This document shows, piece after piece, positions 50,267-54,766 of a stretch of DNA of 54,766 nt. Each line of letters starts with the position of its first letter. Position 1 is the stretch's first letter. The stretch covers positions 1-54,766 of the forward strand of contig DASQXS010000370.1 in NCBI GenBank assembly GCA_035639615.1, given 5' to 3'. The stretch comes from Gaiellales bacterium (GTDB lineage Bacteria; Actinomycetota; Thermoleophilia; Gaiellales; JAICJC01). The notes under the pieces are model-generated. The model was not told the origin of the DNA. It saw nothing but the letters and a program-made list of their open reading frames with translations, and did not search any database. Made by a program: the position numbers and the translations under genes.

Positions 50267-52068
50267 GCACGTTCGGCAGCCACATCGGCCGCATGGGCGC
50301 CGACCCCGCCGGTCTGGGCGCGCGCCGGACGCTGCGCCGGGTGCGCGCGCTCCTCGCCTACACGTGGCCCTACAAGGGCCGGGCGGGGCTGGCGCTCGCG
50401 GCGCTCCTGGCGTCGACCGCGACGGCGATCGCCGGCCCGGTCGTGATCAAGCTGGCGATCGACCGCGGCATCGCGGGCTCGCACCCGGATTTCGGCCAAG
50501 TCGAGCTGTGGGTGGCCGTCTTCGTCCTCGTGACGGCGCTCAACTGGGGGGCCGGCTGCGCCCAGACGTATCTCACGTCGTGGGTCGGCACGCGCGTCCT
50601 TGCCGACCTCCGCACGGGCATCTTCGCCCACCTCCAGCGGCTCGACCTGGGCTTCTATGAACGAAACCGCGCCGGGGTCGTGATCTCCCGCCTCACGAAC
50701 GACATCGAGGCGCTCGTGAGCGCCGTCGTCGACGGCCCGACGACGCTCGTCCAGAACACCATCACGCTGATCGGCTCGGCGGCCGTCCTCATCTACTTCG
50801 ACTGGCGGCTCGCGCTCGCCACGCTCACCGTGTTTCCGGGGATGGCGATCGGGACGGCCATCTTCCGGTACTACTCCGGGCGCGCGTACCGGCTCACCCG
50901 GCGGCGATTGGCCGAGGTCACGGGGCAGCTCCAGGAGGACATCTCAGGCGTGCGGGTGGTGCAGGCGTTCCGGCGGGAGCAGGCCAACTACGGCCGCTTC
51001 GTCGATATCAACAGCGAGTACCGCGCGGCCAACGTCCAGACCGTGAACGCCTCGGCGATCTACTTCCCGTACGTCGACCTGCTGTCGGCCGCGGCGATGG
51101 CGGTCGTGCTCGGCTACGGCGGCACGCTCGTCTTCCACCATCAGCTGACGCCGGGCGCCCTCTTCGTCTTCATCGGGCTTCTCGCGAACTTCTTCGACCC
51201 GGTGCAGCAGCTCTCCCAGTTCTACCAGACGTTCCTGGCGGCGACGGCGGCGCTCGACAACATCTTCACGGTGCTCGACACCGAGCCCGACCTGACGGAC
51301 GCGCCCGACGCGCGCGAGATACCGCCGATCCGAGGCGAGGTCGTCTTCGAGGACGTCCGGTTCGCCTACGGGCCGGAGACGCCCGAGGTGCTGCACGGCG
51401 TCTCCTTCGCCGTCCCCGCAGGGCGGACCGTGGCGCTCGTCGGCCACACCGGCGCCGGCAAGTCCACGATCGTGAAGCTCCTCGCCCGCTTCTACGACCC
51501 GACCGCCGGGCGGATCACGGTCGACGGGCACGACCTGCGCGACGTGACCGTGGCGTCGCTCCGCCGCCAGCTCGGGATCGTGCCCCAGGAGGGCTTCCTC
51601 TTCGCCGGATCCGTGCGCTCGAACATCGCCTTCGGCCGTCCCGACGCGACCGAGGCGGAGATCCGCGCCGCGGCGGAGGCCGTCGGCGCCGACGAGTTCA
51701 TCCGTGAGCTTCCCGACGGCTACGAGACCGACATCCAGGAGCGGGGCGCGCGGCTCTCGATCGGGCAGCGGCAGCTCGTGGCGTTCGCCCGCGCCCTTCT
51801 CGCCGACCCGCGGATCCTGATCCTGGACGAGGCGACCTCGTCGGTCGACATCCCGACCGAGGCCAGGATCGAGCGCGCGCTCGAGACGCTCCTCCGCGAC
51901 CGGACGGCGTTCGTGGTCGCGCACCGGCTGTCCACCATCCGCCGGGCCGACATGATCATCGTCCTGGAGCACGGCGAGGTGATCGAGGCGGGCACCCACG
52001 ACGAGCTCATCTCGCGCCGCGGGCGCTACTTCTCGCTGTACGACGACTGGGTCGAGGCCGTCGCCTAG
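50263..52068 (+). CDS. ABC exporter, fused permease/ATPase (MdlB-like partner half transporter)
   Basis: GTG 50263 overlaps the upstream stop (GTGA), giving 601 aa. Motifs: 'GHTGAGKST', 'LSIGQRQLVAFARAL', 'LILDEATSSVD'. Confidence 0.92.
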   Translation: MSTFGSHIGRMGADPAGLGARRTLRRVRALLAYTWPYKGRAGLALAALLASTATAIAGPVVIKLAIDRGIAGSHPDFGQVELWVAVFVLVTALNWGAGCAQTYLTSWVGTRVLADLRTGIFAHLQRLDLGFYERNRAGVVISRLTNDIEALVSAVVDGPTTLVQNTITLIGSAAVLIYFDWRLALATLTVFPGMAIGTAIFRYYSGRAYRLTRRRLAEVTGQLQEDISGVRVVQAFRREQANYGRFVDINSEYRAANVQTVNASAIYFPYVDLLSAAAMAVVLGYGGTLVFHHQLTPGALFVFIGLLANFFDPVQQLSQFYQTFLAATAALDNIFTVLDTEPDLTDAPDAREIPPIRGEVVFEDVRFAYGPETPEVLHGVSFAVPAGRTVALVGHTGAGKSTIVKLLARFYDPTAGRITVDGHDLRDVTVASLRRQLGIVPQEGFLFAGSVRSNIAFGRPDATEAEIRAAAEAVGADEFIRELPDGYETDIQERGARLSIGQRQLVAFARALLADPRILILDEATSSVDIPTEARIERALETLLRDRTAFVVAHRLSTIRRADMIIVLEHGEVIEAGTHDELISRRGRYFSLYDDWVEAVA

Positions 52069-52075
52069 TCAACGT

Positions 52076-52096
52076 GGGGGAACCCATGGTTCCCCC
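52076..52096 (+). terminator. terminator hairpin after the ABC exporter pair
   Basis: gggggaacc-cat-ggttccccc, a 9-bp perfect stem. It starts 8 nt after the TAG and is followed by tccttc. Confidence 0.55.
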
Positions 52097-52101
52097 TCCT
52101 T

Positions 52102-52236
52102 CGGACGAGCCGCATCGCCGTCGCGCTCCGGCGAGAGCGCGGTCTCGCCTCCGCCGCGGACGCGTAGATCCACCCTGAACGCGCCCGTCCCCGAGAAGCG
52201 CTCGCGGGCTGCGCGGCTAAAGCGTAGGCTCGTCCG
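52102..52236 (+). promoter_or_regulatory. helix-enclosed 5' leader of the NlpC/P60 gene (riboswitch-like; class unverified)
   Basis: cggacgagcc (52102-52111) pairs perfectly with ggctcgtccg (52227-52236). The 3' strand ends 5 nt before ATG 52242. Inside are mutually exclusive hairpins: 52122-52141 (cgcgctc/gagcgcg) and 52130-52149 (ggcgaga/tctcgcc). Confidence 0.35.
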
Positions 52237-52241
52237 GGCCG

Positions 52242-53378
52242 ATGACGTGTCCGATGAGGGGTCGATGCGCTCTCGTTGCCGCGGTCCTGGCCGCGCTCTT
52301 CGCGTTCCCGCAGGCCGCGCTCGCCGGCTTCGTCGACGTGCCCAAGGGCTTCTGGGCCCGGCCCGAGATCCGGTGGGCGACGCGCTACGGCTGGATCGCG
52401 CCGCGGACGCCGACGAGGTTCGCCCCACACCACAGCGTGAGCCGGCTGAACGCGAGCCGTGTGCTCGTCCGGATCGCCCATAGCCTCTTCGGTGCCGCCG
52501 CCGGGCCCGATCCGTTCGCGCAGGCCGTTGCGGCCGGATGGATCTCGAAGGGCGACGGCTCGAACGGGACGATCACCCAGCTCGAGTTCGACCGCGGGCT
52601 GGTGCGCGTCCTCGGCCTCGCGCACGCCGCCAAGACCCTGAACCACCTCCAGACCGCCGACGGCTGGGCGCCGCGCCTCCCCGACGGCTTCGGCGTCGAG
52701 CAGGAGGTGCGGGCGGTCGGCGCCCGCCTCAACGTGCCCGACGGCTTCGACGACTGGGAGCTTTGGCCGTCCGACACCCTGCGCCGCGCCGACGTCGCCG
52801 TGCAGGCGTTCCAGGTGATGCACATGTCGTCCTGGTCGATCGACGCCGCCAAGGCGAAGGTGGCGCTCGCCCGGGCCCTCCCCGCCTGGTCTCCGCTCAA
52901 GCGCAAGGTGCTCGGATTCGCGCTCCGGTACGCCGGGGCGCCGTACGTCTGGGGCGGGACGTCGCCCGACCCGCAGTCGCCGCTGGGGTCGCCCGTCGCG
53001 GGCGGCTTCGACTGCTCGGGATTCGTGTGGTGGGTGATGAAGCTCCAGACGTACCACGCCGGCGGCGTCACGTGGACGGGGAACGCCGCGATCCAGGCCA
53101 GGACCACCTACGACATGGCCGCGTCCCTCGGCGTCAAGCATCGCGTGCCGCGCTCCAAGCTGCGGCCGGGCGACATCCTCTTCTGGAGCTCCGATCCCAA
53201 GGGCGTCCGGACAAGCTGGAGGACCGTCTACCACGCGGGCATCTACCTCGGGAACGGCTGGACGGTCAACAGCCACGGCTCCGGCGCCGGCGTGACGATC
53301 GACTACATGGGCGCGGGCGCCGGCTGGTTCCACGACGCGTTCGCGTTCGGATGGCGCGTCATGCCCCGGGGGGCGTGA
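52242..53378 (+). CDS. secreted NlpC/P60 family peptidoglycan hydrolase
   Basis: 378 aa. Signal peptide: 'ALVAAVLAALFAFPQAALA'. The catalytic-Cys context 'GGFDCSGFVWWV' and the His context 'YHAGIYLG' are present. The N-terminal half is SLH-like. Confidence 0.88.
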   Translation: MTCPMRGRCALVAAVLAALFAFPQAALAGFVDVPKGFWARPEIRWATRYGWIAPRTPTRFAPHHSVSRLNASRVLVRIAHSLFGAAAGPDPFAQAVAAGWISKGDGSNGTITQLEFDRGLVRVLGLAHAAKTLNHLQTADGWAPRLPDGFGVEQEVRAVGARLNVPDGFDDWELWPSDTLRRADVAVQAFQVMHMSSWSIDAAKAKVALARALPAWSPLKRKVLGFALRYAGAPYVWGGTSPDPQSPLGSPVAGGFDCSGFVWWVMKLQTYHAGGVTWTGNAAIQARTTYDMAASLGVKHRVPRSKLRPGDILFWSSDPKGVRTSWRTVYHAGIYLGNGWTVNSHGSGAGVTIDYMGAGAGWFHDAFAFGWRVMPRGA

Positions 53379-53826
53379 GCCGCTTCGAGAAGTAGACCCG
53401 GGCGAAGCCGCGCTCGACGCGGCGCCCGGTCTCGCGGTATCCCAGCCGCGGATACCACTCCAGGTTCTCGACCATACGCTCGTTGGTGTAGAGGCGAAGC
53501 TCCAGGACGCCGAGGCCGCGGGCCTGCTCCTCGGCGTGGTCCATCAGGAGCCGGCCGAGCCCGCGCCCCTGGGCAGACGGGTGGACGGCGATGTTCTCGA
53601 CCAGCAGGTGATCCTCGGCCGGCACCAGCACGATCGCCCCGACGACCCTGCCCTCGGCCTCGATCACCGTCACCCGGCCCGCGGCAATCGCGGCGCCGTG
53701 GTCGGCGTCCATCGGCGCCGGCCGGCGGCCAATCCGGCCGACGTACACCGCGTACGCCTCCTCGACCAGCCGGTGCATAGCCTCGCCGTCCGCCGCATTC
53801 GCCCGGCGTAGCCGCTCCGCTCCCAC
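53359..53826 (-). CDS. GNAT family N-acetyltransferase
   Basis: 155 aa with GTG start. Motif: 'IAVHPSAQGRGLGRLLMDHAE'. Its 3' end overlaps the convergent NlpC/P60 gene by 20 nt. Confidence 0.82.
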   Translation of the reverse strand: MGAERLRRANAADGEAMHRLVEEAYAVYVGRIGRRPAPMDADHGAAIAAGRVTVIEAEGRVVGAIVLVPAEDHLLVENIAVHPSAQGRGLGRLLMDHAEEQARGLGVLELRLYTNERMVENLEWYPRLGYRETGRRVERGFARVYFSKRLTPPGA

Positions 53827-53858
53827 GGCCCAATCCTAGATATCGATAGGCTGCTCCC

Positions 53859-54761
53859 ATGACCGCCGACGCCGAGTCATCGCCCGATCCGGAGGAGGTC
53901 CCCGCCGGCGCGGAGCCCGAGGCGGGGAAGCCGATCAGCGTCCGGGCCGAGCGCGGCGCACGGATGACCCCGGCCGAGGCGGTGCGCGACATGCGCATCA
54001 CGCTCCCGGCCCGCGGCAACCGGACGCTGCGCGACCTGATCGAGCGGGTGAACCGCGACACCGAGCTGAAGGCGCTCTGGCACGCCGCCAACGTGAACGC
54101 CGTCACCCGGCTCCAGATCAACGACCACTCCTGGGTCCACATCCAGATCGTCACGAACATCGGCCTGAAGCTCCTGCGCGAGCTGCGCCGCGCCGGCGTC
54201 GAGCCGGGCATGGTCGCCGACTACGGCATGCGCCAGGACGACGCCGAGGTGGTCGTCGTCCTCGGCTGCCTCACCCACTGTCTCGGGATGGCGATCCACC
54301 GCACCGGGCACGAGGACATGAGCCTCTTCCTCGCCGCCGACAGGATGCCCCGGCTGCTCGAAGGGCTCTACGAGGAGCCGGAGCGCACGATCGTGCAGGC
54401 GGAGGTCCTGCAGACGATCATCAGCCACCGCTCGGACGGCGTCCCCCTCTCCGTCGAGGCCGGCGTGGTGCGCGTGGCGGACGCGCTCGACATGGCCAAG
54501 GGGCGCTCGCGGATCCCGTTCGAGTCGGGCCGCGTGTCGATCCACTCGCTCTCCGCGGCAGCGATCGAGGAGGTCCACATCCGAAGCGCCGAGGGCCACG
54601 TTCTGATCGAGGTCGAGATGAATAACTCCGCCGGCCTCTACCAGGTCGACAACCTGCTGCGGTCGAAGCTGCGCGGCTCGGGGCTCGAGAACCGCATCGA
54701 GGTCGAGGCGATGATCGAGGGCGAGTCCGAGAAGCGGCTCCTGCCGTCGTTCCGGCTCTGA
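53859..54761 (+). CDS. HD-domain-like metal-dependent phosphohydrolase family protein
   Basis: 300 aa. The helical core reads 'DHSWVHIQIVTNIGLKLL ... VVVLGCLTHCLGMAIHRTGHE ... RVADALDMAKGR'. The usual 'HD' dyad position appears to read 'HC'. Confidence 0.55.
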   Translation: MTADAESSPDPEEVPAGAEPEAGKPISVRAERGARMTPAEAVRDMRITLPARGNRTLRDLIERVNRDTELKALWHAANVNAVTRLQINDHSWVHIQIVTNIGLKLLRELRRAGVEPGMVADYGMRQDDAEVVVVLGCLTHCLGMAIHRTGHEDMSLFLAADRMPRLLEGLYEEPERTIVQAEVLQTIISHRSDGVPLSVEAGVVRVADALDMAKGRSRIPFESGRVSIHSLSAAAIEEVHIRSAEGHVLIEVEMNNSAGLYQVDNLLRSKLRGSGLENRIEVEAMIEGESEKRLLPSFRL

Positions 54762-54766
54762 GATTG

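Noticed and set aside
52069-52241. ydaO-like riboswitch on the minus strand ('GGGGAC', 'GGGTGGATC' resemble conserved ydaO blocks)
   Set aside because: There is no downstream gene on that strand, because it runs antisense into the ABC exporter. The resemblance is limited to two short blocks. Only the plus-strand leader hypothesis is retained, and at low confidence.
1-54766. Mobile elements, prophage, defence islands, toxin-antitoxin pairs, tRNA or rRNA genes
   Set aside because: No transposase, integrase, reverse transcriptase, nuclease-helicase or cas-like products appear in any frame. I saw no terminal inverted repeats or tRNA-like T-arm sequences. Apart from the 41.2-41.8 kb gap, I saw no composition shift. 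Composition was judged by eye, not computed.

Overview
This is a very GC-rich, densely packed window that is almost entirely chromosomal core. I call about 58 protein-coding genes. I found no rRNA, tRNA, transposase, integrase, cas or recognisable defence genes.

Most long ORFs in the six-frame track are Arg/Gly/Pro-rich artefacts of the GC content. Real genes were picked by family motifs, by G/C at third codon positions, and by start/stop coupling.

**Main blocks**
- Minus strand, 13282 to 715: 15 genes. Cyclase-like/beta-propeller protein, aroQ, M24 peptidase, efp, a carboxyltransferase-BCCP fusion, accC, asp23, nusB, xseB, a polyprenyl synthase, a GNAT, tlyA, nadK, recN and a small membrane protein.
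- aroC and a fused aroK-aroB, a prepilin peptidase, then alaS-ruvX-mltG-aroE.
- iscS, a membrane protein, an IscU::MnmA fusion, and DUF948-type stress proteins.
- Minus strand, 36945 to 28774: hutU, an SDR, hutI, a GNAT, a membrane protein, an MBL hydrolase, hisS and aspS. hutH and a formimidoyltransferase lie further on.
- An ABC-2 exporter operon, an OYE/dienoyl-CoA-reductase-like flavoenzyme, and a small PilZ-centred locus.
- A heterodimeric ABC exporter pair, an NlpC/P60 hydrolase, a GNAT and an HD-like protein.

Gene order mixes Bacillus-like synteny (aroQ-pepP-efp-accB-accC-asp23-nusB-xseB-ispA-tlyA...recN) with actinobacterial synteny (tlyA-nadK-recN). This suggests a deep-branching high-GC Gram-positive lineage (inference only).

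**Most interesting observations**
1. The accB slot holds a 589-aa protein. It joins an OadA/PycB-type carboxyltransferase domain, in which all four metal-ligand positions are substituted, to a complete AccB-type BCCP.
2. An IscU-scaffold::MnmA fusion of the CxxC...C type sits next to iscS.
3. A roughly 0.6-kb hairpin-rich non-coding region lies between the formimidoyltransferase gene and the ABC-2 operon. I cannot assign it to any RNA family.
4. Three abutting 35-bp palindromic repeats lie between convergent genes.
5. Two consecutive gene junctions seem to need non-canonical starts: ATA in ATAG and CTG in CTGA.
6. An attenuator-like intrinsic terminator lies directly upstream of the ABC-2 operon.

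No clear novel multi-gene system such as a defence island is visible. All coordinates and structures were derived by hand and need computational confirmation.
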